Origin: Eubacteriales bacterium
Lineage (GTDB): Bacteria; Bacillota; Clostridia; Oscillospirales; QAKW01
DNA length: 64,000 nt
NCBI GenBank assembly: GCA_045539335.1
Contig: JAZQFD010000009.1
Coordinates: 8,534-72,533 of the forward strand
Direction: 5' to 3'
Part shown: positions 30,852 through 39,835 of the stretch, piece after piece
Layout: every line of letters begins with the position of its first letter
Position numbering within the stretch: position 1 is the first letter of the stretch
Notes under the pieces: generated by a model
Database searches by the model: none
What the model was told of the DNA's origin: nothing
The model's input: only the letters and a program-made list of their open reading frames with translations
Translations under genes and position numbers: made by a program

Positions 30852-31667
30852 TTATTTATGTGCTTTAATAACAACCAATTCCTTGGGGCGAACCAGCTTA
30901 CCGCCATAAACATTCAAGCCCTTTACCGCATCGGAGAAAAATTTCTCGGGGCGATAAGCCTCGGTCTCATCAATGGCGCTGGCAAAAGCGATGGCCTGAT
31001 TGGTACGAACCATCATATAATCGTCGGTACCGTCGTTATAGAGATTGTTGCTGAGGATCACACGGGCACAATCGTACATACCGACAACCCCTTTGGCGAT
31101 CAGTTCATCATTATTGGTCTTCAGATCGGTGAGAGCATCACGGAACAACTGATAGAAGAAGGGAGAGACGGTGATGGTCACATGATCGGACACATCTACA
31201 TCATTCTCACGCAGGGTCAGCAAGGCATCATCCACCAGCTTCTTAGCCTGTTCGGCGGTAGTCACCTTGGTGGAAGCAGTCATATTAACGCTATCCTTGG
31301 CCAAGGAGGCCACAAAGCTGTCCCGTGCGGCCGCCATTTTGCGGCCGGCCTCCTCCAGCATCACCGGCATCAACTCAGGGGATGCCTGCAGACGATCCAG
31401 ATCATCCACCATGAAATTAAAGGCTTTCGCCTGGTCGATGTCCAGCATAACGCTGGAGCCTTCCAAGGTTTGAGGCTCGGTCATACCAACTGCAGAGTTA
31501 TAATCAAAAATCTCAGGAGCGGCAGCACCTAAGATCTTCACACGAGAGCCCAGGCGGGCTTCGCCCTCAAATTGACGGTTACAATCGTCCACCAGTTTAC
31601 ATTTCTTTTCCAGTTCGGTCTGAATAAAATGGCTCCAAATCGTGGGTTTAAAATTTGCAAAAGACAT
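30852..31667 (-). CDS. Major capsid protein (HK97 fold, P22-coat-like family)
   Basis: MSFANFKPTIWS start, FEGE...GSRVKI, IDQAKAFNF.VDDLD, FSDAVKGLNVYGGKLVRP; AGGAG RBS. Confidence 0.88.
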   Translation of the reverse strand: MSFANFKPTIWSHFIQTELEKKCKLVDDCNRQFEGEARLGSRVKILGAAAPEIFDYNSAVGMTEPQTLEGSSVMLDIDQAKAFNFMVDDLDRLQASPELMPVMLEEAGRKMAAARDSFVASLAKDSVNMTASTKVTTAEQAKKLVDDALLTLRENDVDVSDHVTITVSPFFYQLFRDALTDLKTNNDELIAKGVVGMYDCARVILSNNLYNDGTDDYMMVRTNQAIAFASAIDETEAYRPEKFFSDAVKGLNVYGGKLVRPKELVVIKAHK

Positions 31668-31681
31668 TTAAAATTCTCCTT

Positions 31682-32239
31682 TTAATTCTTTAATTTGGAA
31701 AGGGATGCCATGGCTTTGCGAAAGACCTCCGGATCCTTGAGATCTTTGGCGGTCAGGCGATCCAATTCCTTGGAGGAATAAAACAGTGCAGCTCCTCCTA
31801 CTGATTTTGCACTGACCATATCATCGGGCACAGGGTTTTTGCGGCGGTCAGCCGCCACCTGTGCTTCATAGGCCACCACCGGATCCACATGGCCGCTGGC
31901 CATCAGCCGACAATAAAGCTCTCCTACTTCCAGAGGGCTTTGAGCGGTGAGTCCGGGATAGGCCTCCTTTACCTTGGCAAGATCCTGCGAAAAGCGGGTC
32001 TTTTCTACCAAGGCTTTCGCCTCCTGAATCAGCGGGTGGGACAAGACCTCTTGGCGAAGCTGCTGCTCACGGGCATCCTCCCGCAGCTCTTTCGCTCGCT
32101 GCTCCACCGCACGGCGGCGGGAGGCTTGCTTGGCCCGCTCCTCCGGAGGCATAGGACTGTTTTCTTGGGTTTCATTCTGCGAAGGAGACTCCTCCGCAGG
32201 GGTGGTTGCTTCAACAACGTTTTCCGTTTGTTCGTTCAT
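31682..32239 (-). CDS. Capsid scaffolding protein
   Basis: Acidic disordered N-terminus, charged helices, basic C-terminal helix; between portal and capsid. Confidence 0.65.
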   Translation of the reverse strand: MNEQTENVVEATTPAEESPSQNETQENSPMPPEERAKQASRRRAVEQRAKELREDAREQQLRQEVLSHPLIQEAKALVEKTRFSQDLAKVKEAYPGLTAQSPLEVGELYCRLMASGHVDPVVAYEAQVAADRRKNPVPDDMVSAKSVGGAALFYSSKELDRLTAKDLKDPEVFRKAMASLSKLKN

Positions 32240-32289
32240 ATATGAACCTCTTTCTCCATTTTTACGCTTTTGGTGCGATGGGTGGATTT

Positions 32290-33819
32290 TTACGCTTTTT
32301 CCTGCGAAATTGAGGCAAGAGAGGCTCTTGCTCCAAGAATGGAGCGCAGCTTTTCCTTCGGCGTATTGGCATCTTCATCCAAAGCCTCCACATATTCGGC
32401 AAAGCTGATATGCCCTGCTGCCAAAAGGTTTTGCAGCGTCTGCTCCTGGGCATATTTGGAATAAGGGTTAGCGGGAGAGAGATCGATCCGCACCCGAGGC
32501 TTCAGCAGCTGCAAAAGCTTGGCGGGAACGGTCTGCCCTGCAATGGTGAGTCCTGCCGGATGATAGGCACGCAACAAGTCATACCAAATCAGTGCCACCT
32601 CTTCCACAAAGCGAGCAAGCTGGGCAACGGCAAAGTTTAAATTGAGAGTTGCCGCATCCCGCACCGCCACAATAGCGGCACCACTGGCCTGCTCAGGGTT
32701 GATCTGGCCGGTCACCGCATCGCCGGCACCGCAGAGTTCTCGGGTGGTGGTGATCATATTGTTCATGAAGTTATAGGCGATTCCATTGATACCGGCAGGC
32801 TGAACATAAGAGATCAGCTCCCCGATCTTCACATTGGGATCATCCACTGCAATGGAAGCGCCCACCTTTTCAATATCCTCCACATTCTGAATCCTCGGCG
32901 CATTATACACCAGCTTGGGATAGGCAAATCGCTTGATGGCGATATCCATCCGTGCCAGATTTTTATTGACGGTGATCTGATTGGCGATCAAGCCCTCCAC
33001 AGCACCACGCCCCCGACAGGTTCCCTTCTTTCTTGCCCAGATAAAGGGAGCGATGGGATAGCGATGAACCCCTTCCAACACCGTTTCGGGATGGTAAACG
33101 CAATGGCGAGTAGCCTGCAGAAAGCAGACATTTCCATCCTTTTTATAGAATTTAAGAATGGACGTACATTTGCGTGCCCCCTCCAGGGTGCTCTCCTGAC
33201 GGTTGGCTTTTCCGCTTTGGCAGATCTGATCGTTATCGGGGGTAATCTGCAGGATCTCTTCTTCAGGGATCCCGTTTGCCGCAGCCTCCTTGCGGATCTG
33301 CTCCACCGGACGGCGACGAACGATCAAAAGATAAGGCTGATCATTGAGATCCTCTTCCTGCTCATCACCGAAGATCAGGTTCACTCCATCCAAGACCTCG
33401 CTGCGCAAGGTGCCATTTTGCATATAAAAATATAGGTAAGAAGCACCGGTCACACAGCCATCCTCCACCACTTCCCAGCATTTCTGATCCATGCGGCTTT
33501 GCTCCCAAAGGAGACGGGCATTTTGATTGAGCAACTGCTCCGCCTGCCGGCAGATGCCCGAAAGCTGGGGGCGATCGGTGGTATCGAAGCTATAATTCAC
33601 CGCCAGATGATTTTGAGCCACCACCGCCGTTTTATATTTAACAATGGGCTCAATGATATTGTAGACCGGCAAGCGTTCTCCATCAGTAGGCAGATAGCGC
33701 CATTGGTCGCCGCCATAAAACTGCTGGCATTCCTCGCTGCGCTCATAAAACCCATCTCTGGTCAGAAGAGCGGTTCCCTCCCGATATTCCCGCCAGATCT
33801 GTTCACTTAAACTGTTCAT
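32290..33819 (-). CDS. Portal protein (P22-like)
   Basis: FYGGDQW, PVYNII, GRGAVEGLIANQ.TVNK, ASGAAI motifs; start at ATG 33819 after AAAGGA. Confidence 0.88.
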   Translation of the reverse strand: MNSLSEQIWREYREGTALLTRDGFYERSEECQQFYGGDQWRYLPTDGERLPVYNIIEPIVKYKTAVVAQNHLAVNYSFDTTDRPQLSGICRQAEQLLNQNARLLWEQSRMDQKCWEVVEDGCVTGASYLYFYMQNGTLRSEVLDGVNLIFGDEQEEDLNDQPYLLIVRRRPVEQIRKEAAANGIPEEEILQITPDNDQICQSGKANRQESTLEGARKCTSILKFYKKDGNVCFLQATRHCVYHPETVLEGVHRYPIAPFIWARKKGTCRGRGAVEGLIANQITVNKNLARMDIAIKRFAYPKLVYNAPRIQNVEDIEKVGASIAVDDPNVKIGELISYVQPAGINGIAYNFMNNMITTTRELCGAGDAVTGQINPEQASGAAIVAVRDAATLNLNFAVAQLARFVEEVALIWYDLLRAYHPAGLTIAGQTVPAKLLQLLKPRVRIDLSPANPYSKYAQEQTLQNLLAAGHISFAEYVEALDEDANTPKEKLRSILGARASLASISQEKA

Positions 33820-33997
33820 AGGTTTCCTTTCTGCCGTCGTAGGCATCGATTTTTTCTAAAAGGCGATCGCCCTTTTCCTTCTTTCCGCCTGCCAATTTGC
33901 CCCGACGGGCGGCGGAAAGGCCGTCGGCCATTCCCAAGCGATAGGCGGCCACGGTCAATAGGCTGAGCACCAGCCCGAACCATAATGTGATATTCAT
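33803..33997 (-). CDS. Small membrane-anchored hypothetical protein
   Basis: 64 aa with N-terminal hydrophobic helix; overlaps both the terL stop and the portal start. Confidence 0.6.
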   Translation of the reverse strand: MNITLWFGLVLSLLTVAAYRLGMADGLSAARRGKLAGGKKEKGDRLLEKIDAYDGRKETYEQFK

Positions 33998-35316
33998 AAA
34001 ACCAGTTCCTTTCTGTAGCCCCCTAAAGCATTGGGGGGATTGTGTTTTTTCTGTTGCACCGTTGAGGGACGCCCCATGGCAAAATACCGCAGGGCATCCG
34101 GGGCATGGGTCAGTTCATGGGGCTCGGTGCGGCAATCGCCCGGCGCTGCCGAATCCCATTCCAGAGAGGGCAAGCATCGGATCAAATTGCTGCAGGTTGC
34201 AAAGATTCTCAACCGAGGGCGCTCCTCGCCATCCCGATCGGGGCGGGGCATCAGCCATTCCTGCAAAATCGCCCATCCGGGGGCTCGAGCGGCGCTGACT
34301 TTCGTTAGCGGCACGCCGTTTTCCCGAAAAAGATCTGCCAGAGAGCGCCCCGAATCCTTTTGGCGGCTCCAAAGATCGGGCGGTGCATAATAGGGGCAAC
34401 GAGGCGGGGATGCCCCTCGAATTCGCTTAGCCGCCTCCGACACAATGAGTCCCGATTCATAGACCTCCCGATACACATAGAAAAAGCCCTGCTCATCCTC
34501 CGCAATAAAGACGGCCGCCAGCATATCCAAACCATAGTCCAACGCACAATAGCGCTTCCAATGATCGGGGATGGGAAAGGGATCGCAAACATGAAGGGTA
34601 CGATCCCATCGGGTGAAAAAGCGTCCTTCATTAAGGTCCCAATCTCCCAGCAGCAATGCCCTTTTTTCCTGCTCCGGCAAGCGCTGCAGCCGCTTCACAT
34701 AAGCAGGATCGCCCGCCAGAAGAAACTGATTGTCTGCCACCTTGGCGGGAATAAAGCGGCGAGAGCCCCATTCATCTTGAATCGGAGTATCAGGCGGGGC
34801 GGGATCCACGAACCGCCGCTTCACCCAATCATGCCCCACGCCTCCGGGATTGGTGGTGCTTTTCATTTGGCGGGGATACGGAGTGGCGCCCCGCAAGCGG
34901 GACATTAAGTAAAGATACATACGCTCGGTGAAATGGGTCAACTCATCAAAGCGGATCACATCATACTCCACCGATTGATACCGATACACATCCCGCTCAC
35001 TGTCGCAATACCCAAAATCCAAAATCGAACCGTTGGAAAAATAGCCGGTATGGCGGCTGGAAAGATACCGAAAAATAGATTGAGGGTAGAGGGACAGCGC
35101 CGTGCGGATCAGCGACGTTTCCAATTCCGGCATGGTGCGCCGCAAAAGAAGTTGGCGGGAGCCGGGATATTTCAAGGCATATTGCAAGGCATCCGCCAAC
35201 TGACCGAAGCTTTTTCCGCCGCCGGCGGCACCACCAAAAAGGATCTCATCCTCCTTGGCATTCATAAAGCGGTACTGCAGAGGCGTAATCTTTAATGAAA
35301 AAGCCTCTTTATCCAT
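33994..35316 (-). CDS. terL: Terminase large subunit
   Basis: Walker A GGAAGGGKS, Walker B IRFDE, STTNPGG, nuclease ALDYG and THAPDALRY. Confidence 0.95.
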   Translation of the reverse strand: MDKEAFSLKITPLQYRFMNAKEDEILFGGAAGGGKSFGQLADALQYALKYPGSRQLLLRRTMPELETSLIRTALSLYPQSIFRYLSSRHTGYFSNGSILDFGYCDSERDVYRYQSVEYDVIRFDELTHFTERMYLYLMSRLRGATPYPRQMKSTTNPGGVGHDWVKRRFVDPAPPDTPIQDEWGSRRFIPAKVADNQFLLAGDPAYVKRLQRLPEQEKRALLLGDWDLNEGRFFTRWDRTLHVCDPFPIPDHWKRYCALDYGLDMLAAVFIAEDEQGFFYVYREVYESGLIVSEAAKRIRGASPPRCPYYAPPDLWSRQKDSGRSLADLFRENGVPLTKVSAARAPGWAILQEWLMPRPDRDGEERPRLRIFATCSNLIRCLPSLEWDSAAPGDCRTEPHELTHAPDALRYFAMGRPSTVQQKKHNPPNALGGYRKELVL

Positions 35317-35566
35317 CGGATTCTTCCTCGGGGCCGATCACACGGATCTCCACCCGTGGAAGGTCGGTTATCGCCTCGGTCTTTGCCAGATCCCGCATTA
35401 GTTTCACCGCATCCATTCCCCCTTCCGCCGCCTTCTTGGCCAAAGAAAGGGCAGTCAATTCCCCAATGGTGCGGGTAGTGCGGTCCTCCAGCGCCGCCTC
35501 CACCTCTGCAAAGGTCATACCAGAGGCTTGCGCCAGATCTTGGGAGAGTTGATCTGTTAGATTCAT
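35309..35566 (-). CDS. terS: Terminase small subunit (very short)
   Basis: First gene of the operon, overlaps terL; KAAEGGMDAVKLMRD helix pair plus C-terminal beta strand; GGAGGTG RBS. Confidence 0.65.
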   Translation of the reverse strand: MNLTDQLSQDLAQASGMTFAEVEAALEDRTTRTIGELTALSLAKKAAEGGMDAVKLMRDLAKTEAITDLPRVEIRVIGPEEESDG

Positions 35567-35588
35567 GCTTGTTCACCTCCCTTGCATG

Positions 35589-35641
35589 GAACTGATCAGT
35601 TCTCCCTCATTATAGGAAAAATTTGGCGCACGGAGGCGAAC
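35589..35641 (-). promoter_or_regulatory. Putative activator-dependent promoter and operator of the phage-like operon
   Basis: TATAAT at 35614-35609 with no TTGACA; direct repeats GTTCGCC/GTGCGCC 10 bp apart upstream; perfect palindrome GAACTGATCAGTTC at 35589-35602. Confidence 0.55.
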
Positions 35642-35722
35642 AGGATTTTCTATTGCATTCTTCGAGTTTTTTTGCTATAATAAACTTTAAGAATTTTGGG
35701 GGAATTTGGAGGAAAAGTCCGA

Positions 35723-36625
35723 ATGATTACACTAATCGTCAATCCTGACGCAGGCCACGGCAAGTCGAAAAAAGTCGCAAATGAGGCGGTCGAGCTGCTC
35801 AAAGAAAAAAGCCTCCCCTTCCGCATTTGGGAAGCAGAGGCTTATGGCTCTGCCAAAGCATTGGCAGAAAAGGCCGCCGCAGAATATAATCCTTTGGCGC
35901 AAGAACCGGAATTTTTAATTGCCGTTGGCGGTGACGGTACCTTTTTAGAGGTGGTACGAGGAATTTTGGGTAGTAATATTCCGGTAGCCACCTTGCCGGC
36001 CGGCACCGGCAATGACTTTTTGAAAAGCTTAGGTGTGCCCATTGAGCCCAAGGCTGCGCTGGAACATATCTTGGCCGCTCAGACCCGTCGCATTGATCTG
36101 GGCAAGCTGGGCGATCAGTATTTTGCCAATGAATGCGGCGCCGGCTTTGACGTGACGGTGCTGGACTATGCCCTTCGGGCAAGAAAATACCTAAAAGGTC
36201 CCCTTTCTTATTTATGTGGCGTTGTTTGCGCCATCTTTTCCCATAAGGCCTCGCCCATGGTGATTACTGCTGACGGAAAAGAGGTCTTTAACGGCAACTG
36301 TTTGGTCTTTTCGGTGGCCAACGGAAAGTATATCGGTGGTGGTATCCCCATCAGCCCCACTGCCGATCCCACCAGCGGAAAGCTGGAATTGGTAGTCTTA
36401 TCCGCTTGCTCCAAACTTCGAATGTGCTTTCAATATCTGCCCGGCCTTTTAGCGGGCAAGATCCTGACCTTTAAACATACGGTGGTTCATTGCCGTGCCG
36501 ATCAGGTGACGGTGAAGGCTCTGAATGCCACCGCCCCCTTGCGGGTGAATGTGGACGGGGAGATTGCCGATCATGCCTTCTGCGATTTTTCCGTATTGCC
36601 CGCCGCCTTGCTTGTCCATATGTAA
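35723..36625 (+). CDS. Diacylglycerol/lipid kinase family (YegS/BmrU)
   Basis: IVNP.AG, AVGGDGT, PAGTGNDF, VNVDGE. Confidence 0.92.
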   Translation: MITLIVNPDAGHGKSKKVANEAVELLKEKSLPFRIWEAEAYGSAKALAEKAAAEYNPLAQEPEFLIAVGGDGTFLEVVRGILGSNIPVATLPAGTGNDFLKSLGVPIEPKAALEHILAAQTRRIDLGKLGDQYFANECGAGFDVTVLDYALRARKYLKGPLSYLCGVVCAIFSHKASPMVITADGKEVFNGNCLVFSVANGKYIGGGIPISPTADPTSGKLELVVLSACSKLRMCFQYLPGLLAGKILTFKHTVVHCRADQVTVKALNATAPLRVNVDGEIADHAFCDFSVLPAALLVHM

Positions 36626-36645
36626 AAAACCACGAAAGGAACTCC

Positions 36646-38295
36646 ATGAAAAAACTTCTCGCAATTCTCTTGATTATTTGCTTATTATTCAGTCTCCCCT
36701 TCTCTGCCTTGGCAGAGGAGCTTCCTGATCCCGGTGCCGATGAGCCGGACTATGAGGATCAGATTCCGGAAGAAGATCCCGAAGAGGATCCCGAAGACGA
36801 TCCCGAAGAGGACCCCGAAGAGGATCCTCCGGTAGAGGAACCGCCCGTTACCGATCCTTATGCTTATGAGTTGACTCTACCCAATAAATTGGTTTATACC
36901 GTTGGAGAGGAGCCGGATTTCACCGGCGGAAAGTGGGTTTACACCGCTACCGGCCGTACCATTAAGCTCACCTCCAGCAATTGTACCGGCTTGGACACCT
37001 CCACTCCCGGCAATCGATATGTGCGGGTTATGGTGGGAAAAGAAAAGGTTTATTTCCGAGTGGTGGTGCTGGAAAAATATGATCCTATTATAAATATGAC
37101 CGATATCACCGCCTCCCATTGGAGCTTTGAGGATTTTGCCGTCAGCATGAGAGCGGGCTATTTTCAAGGCAACGATCAAAAAGAGGCTATGCCCAATAAA
37201 GCCATCACCCGTGCGGAGATGGCAACGCTGATCTACCGTGCTTGGCAGAAAGACCCCACTGTGATGGTTCCCAATCACCCCAATGCTGCAGCGCCTTTTT
37301 CCGACATAAAGAAATCTGATTGGTATTATGAAGCCATGGAGGCTTGCCGCAAGGCAGGAATCCTGCGAGGAAATGAGCAAGGCGAATGCATGCCCAACGC
37401 AAAGATCACCCGCCAGGATGCCGTTTTAATGCTGATGCGAATTCAATATACTGATGACGAAATGGCGGCCATGGATCTGGTGACCTTGATTGCCGCCAGC
37501 GGCATTCCCGTTATCGACTTTGAAACCACTGCCGATTATGCCAAGCCTGCCATGGCCATGGCATTAGGCACGCTGATCAAAGGCAATGAAAAGGGTGAAA
37601 TCATGCCCAAAGCTTCCATCAGCCGAGCAGAGTGCGCCGCCATTTTCCGTCGGCTGTTCCTTGCCAACTATGAATGGGAACTGACCCGACCGGAGCCGGA
37701 CGAAAGCGCTCCTCTGATCTACCTTTCCCCCTCCAATCAGTTTACCAATCCCTATACCGGCGTCAAAGCCAATGAAGGGGATGAAATGAATAAAATCGCT
37801 GCTGCCGCAAAAGAACTGCTGGAAGCCAAGGGCTATCGAGTCTTTATCGCCGATCGTAAAACCAGTATTTATGACCGTTCCGGTGAAGCCAATGAAATGG
37901 AGGCAGATATCTATGTGCCCATCCATTCCAATGCCGGCGGTGGTGTGGGAACACGGGTCTTTTACCGTGGGGATCGTGAAGGGTCCACCAAGCTGGGGCG
38001 GTATCTCTTTGATTCCTTGGCTGCTCTTACCAATACCCCCTTTAATGACCGAAATTATAAAGAGGACTATGTATGCTTGCTTCCAGAAGGTGCTCCCTTC
38101 CACGAACTGGCGAATCCCAATATGCCGGTGGCGTACCTGGAGGTGGAATTCCATGACATTCCCGAAAAAGCCCTCTGGATCACTCAAAACATCGATGCAT
38201 TGGCGGAAGCCATTGTCAATGGCATCGATGCCTATTGTAAAAATGAAATGACGGAGGTACCCGCCCTTGAAGATTCAAATCAAAAAGCTGCATGA
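36646..38295 (+). CDS. Secreted SLH-domain N-acetylmuramoyl-L-alanine amidase (Ig-like + 3 SLH + Amidase_3-like)
   Basis: Signal peptide MKKLLA...ALA; LPNKLVY.VGE Ig-like repeat; ITRAE/ITRQD/ISRAE SLH motifs; PIHSNA and EVEFHD amidase motifs. Confidence 0.85.
   Translation: MKKLLAILLIICLLFSLPFSALAEELPDPGADEPDYEDQIPEEDPEEDPEDDPEEDPEEDPPVEEPPVTDPYAYELTLPNKLVYTVGEEPDFTGGKWVYTATGRTIKLTSSNCTGLDTSTPGNRYVRVMVGKEKVYFRVVVLEKYDPIINMTDITASHWSFEDFAVSMRAGYFQGNDQKEAMPNKAITRAEMATLIYRAWQKDPTVMVPNHPNAAAPFSDIKKSDWYYEAMEACRKAGILRGNEQGECMPNAKITRQDAVLMLMRIQYTDDEMAAMDLVTLIAASGIPVIDFETTADYAKPAMAMALGTLIKGNEKGEIMPKASISRAECAAIFRRLFLANYEWELTRPEPDESAPLIYLSPSNQFTNPYTGVKANEGDEMNKIAAAAKELLEAKGYRVFIADRKTSIYDRSGEANEMEADIYVPIHSNAGGGVGTRVFYRGDREGSTKLGRYLFDSLAALTNTPFNDRNYKEDYVCLLPEGAPFHELANPNMPVAYLEVEFHDIPEKALWITQNIDALAEAIVNGIDAYCKNEMTEVPALEDSNQKAA
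36769..36828 (+). repeat. Imperfect 12-bp coding tandem repeat, (EEDP)x5
   Basis: GAAGA(A/G/C)GA(T/C)CC(C/T) repeated five times in the acidic linker. Confidence 0.85.
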
Positions 38296-38698
38296 GGATG
38301 CCATTTTTCCTTGCTACGGCTCTGCAGACGCTGCAGGGGCTGATCTTTGCAGCATCGAAGAAATAACCCTCGCCCCCGGCGAAACCAAGCTGATCCATAC
38401 CGGGTTGGCCATGGCCATTCCTCAAGGATATGGCGGATTTATCTTCGCCCGCAGCGGCTTAGCCACCAAGCGTGGGCTGGCTCCCGCCAATAAGGTGGGC
38501 GTGATCGACGCCGATTATCGGGGAGAAATCATGGTTGCCCTCTATAACCAAAGTGCCTCTCCTCAAACGGTGGAAAAAGGGGAACGAGTGGCACAAATTG
38601 TAATTTTACACTGCCCTCAAGGCACCTTTGAACCGGTAGAAGAGCTGGATGAAACCCAGCGTGCCGACGGCGGATTCGGCTCCACCGGCAGAAAATAA
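38267..38698 (+). CDS. dut: dUTP diphosphatase
   Basis: AAGADL, ARSGLA, GVIDADYRGE, RADGGFGSTG. Confidence 0.97.
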   Translation: MKIQIKKLHEDAIFPCYGSADAAGADLCSIEEITLAPGETKLIHTGLAMAIPQGYGGFIFARSGLATKRGLAPANKVGVIDADYRGEIMVALYNQSASPQTVEKGERVAQIVILHCPQGTFEPVEELDETQRADGGFGSTGRK

Positions 38699-38771
38699 AT
38701 CATAACTACCGGCATTGCCGGTAGTATACGTTACAATAAAAAACGGTACTGCAAAGCAGTACCGTTTTTTG

Positions 38772-39071
38772 TTATAAATTTGAATGAAGACTATAAGTTT
38801 CTTCCAGCTTGATTAATTCTTTTTGCATAGCATGATTGAAACTGACTGTTTTGATCCGTGCGTAAAGAATGGTGAAGATCCCGATGATCAATGCCCCCAC
38901 CGCCGCAAAAGGAATGCCATTGAGGGAAAGGCTACCGATCCACACCAGCAAAGCCGCAATCGGCAGACCAATGCACAAAATCAGCAAAACCACCTTGCGC
39001 TTTTTGATTGCATATTTTTTCTGAATTGCTTTACGCTCTTGGGAGTATTTTTCATATTGATCTTCTCGCAT
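38772..39071 (-). CDS. Small two-TM hypothetical protein
   Basis: Two hydrophobic helices; GAGGTG RBS; terminator-like inverted repeats on both sides. Confidence 0.65.
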   Translation of the reverse strand: MREDQYEKYSQERKAIQKKYAIKKRKVVLLILCIGLPIAALLVWIGSLSLNGIPFAAVGALIIGIFTILYARIKTVSFNHAMQKELIKLEETYSLHSNL

Positions 39072-39136
39072 AGAACACCTCATATTATTCTAAAATTTTA
39101 CGCCTCGGTAAATACCGAGGCGTAAATTATGTAAAC

Positions 39137-39706
39137 TTACAGGATGATTTCGCCCTGTGCATCCCGAGGCAGAGCCACAGCATTGGCCTCATCGGTATCA
39201 ATATGCATTGCATCGGCAAACTTGGGAGAAACACGGATCACGGTAGCACCGAAGGTAACCTCACGCTCGCCTTCAACCTTTACAGAAACCACCTGACCGT
39301 CTTTAACGCCCAGCTTCTCGGCAGTCTCAGGGATCATATGGATATGACGCTGAGCAGCGATCACGCCCTCTTCCAAAGCAATCTCGCCGCAGGGTCCTTT
39401 GATGGTCACAGCGCCGCTGCCCTTTACATCACCGCTCATGCGGATGGGAGCAACAACACCCAGAGTACGAGCATCGGTCAAAGAAACCTCCACCTGATTT
39501 TCAGGTCTGGTGGGGCCCAGAACGCTGACATTACCGATGGACTTTTTGGGGCCAACCAGCTCCACACGCTCCTCGCAGAGATACTGACCGGGCTGAGAAA
39601 GCTCCCGCTTCTCGGTAAGGGTTGCACCCTTGCCAAAGAGAATCTCAACGGCTTCTTGCGTTAAATGCACATGACGTGCAGACATTTCAACTAAAATTTT
39701 CATCAT
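39137..39706 (-). CDS. pduL: PduL-type phosphate acyltransferase
   Basis: SARHVHL, LSQPGQY, AQRHIHM, HIDTDEANA. Confidence 0.93.
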   Translation of the reverse strand: MMKILVEMSARHVHLTQEAVEILFGKGATLTEKRELSQPGQYLCEERVELVGPKKSIGNVSVLGPTRPENQVEVSLTDARTLGVVAPIRMSGDVKGSGAVTIKGPCGEIALEEGVIAAQRHIHMIPETAEKLGVKDGQVVSVKVEGEREVTFGATVIRVSPKFADAMHIDTDEANAVALPRDAQGEIIL

Positions 39707-39835
39707 TTCATCCTCCTGAATTTTCTGCTATTATTTTACAACAATCTCTATAAATTTTCAACCCTTAAATCTTGAAAATACCTATATTATATGGTAAAAT
39801 AGCAGTTAACATGGAAAATTAGGAGGAAAAATCCT

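Larger units (their letters stand above)
25945..35566 (-). mobile_element. Minimal podovirus-like packaging/head/short-tail/lysis operon (GTA-like or domesticated prophage)
   Basis: Twelve co-oriented, tightly coupled ORFs from terS to endolysin; no integrase, replication or tail-fibre genes; flanked by housekeeping genes. Confidence 0.85.

Noticed and set aside
30852-31667. Encapsulin nanocompartment (small HK97-fold shell)
   Set aside because: Accompanied by terminase, portal and scaffold rather than a cargo enzyme.
24706-35566. Complete inducible prophage or phage satellite
   Set aside because: No integrase, primase/replication or lysogeny module, no att repeats noticed, and a housekeeping nudF lies inside the span.
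35589-35602. LexA (SOS) box upstream of terS
   Set aside because: Spacing is GAAC-N6-GTTC, not the Firmicute GAAC-N4-GTTC; kept only as an unassigned palindrome.
36769-36828. CRISPR-like or phase-variable repeat
   Set aside because: In-frame degenerate 12-mer coding repeat without spacers; no CRISPR array seen anywhere in the window.
38267-38698. dUTPase as part of the phage-like element
   Set aside because: On the opposite strand at the end of a host operon; looks like the ordinary chromosomal dut.
39707-39835. T-box or S-box leader for metG
   Set aside because: The spacer is ~130 nt of AT-rich divergent promoter with no T-box motif or leader terminator.
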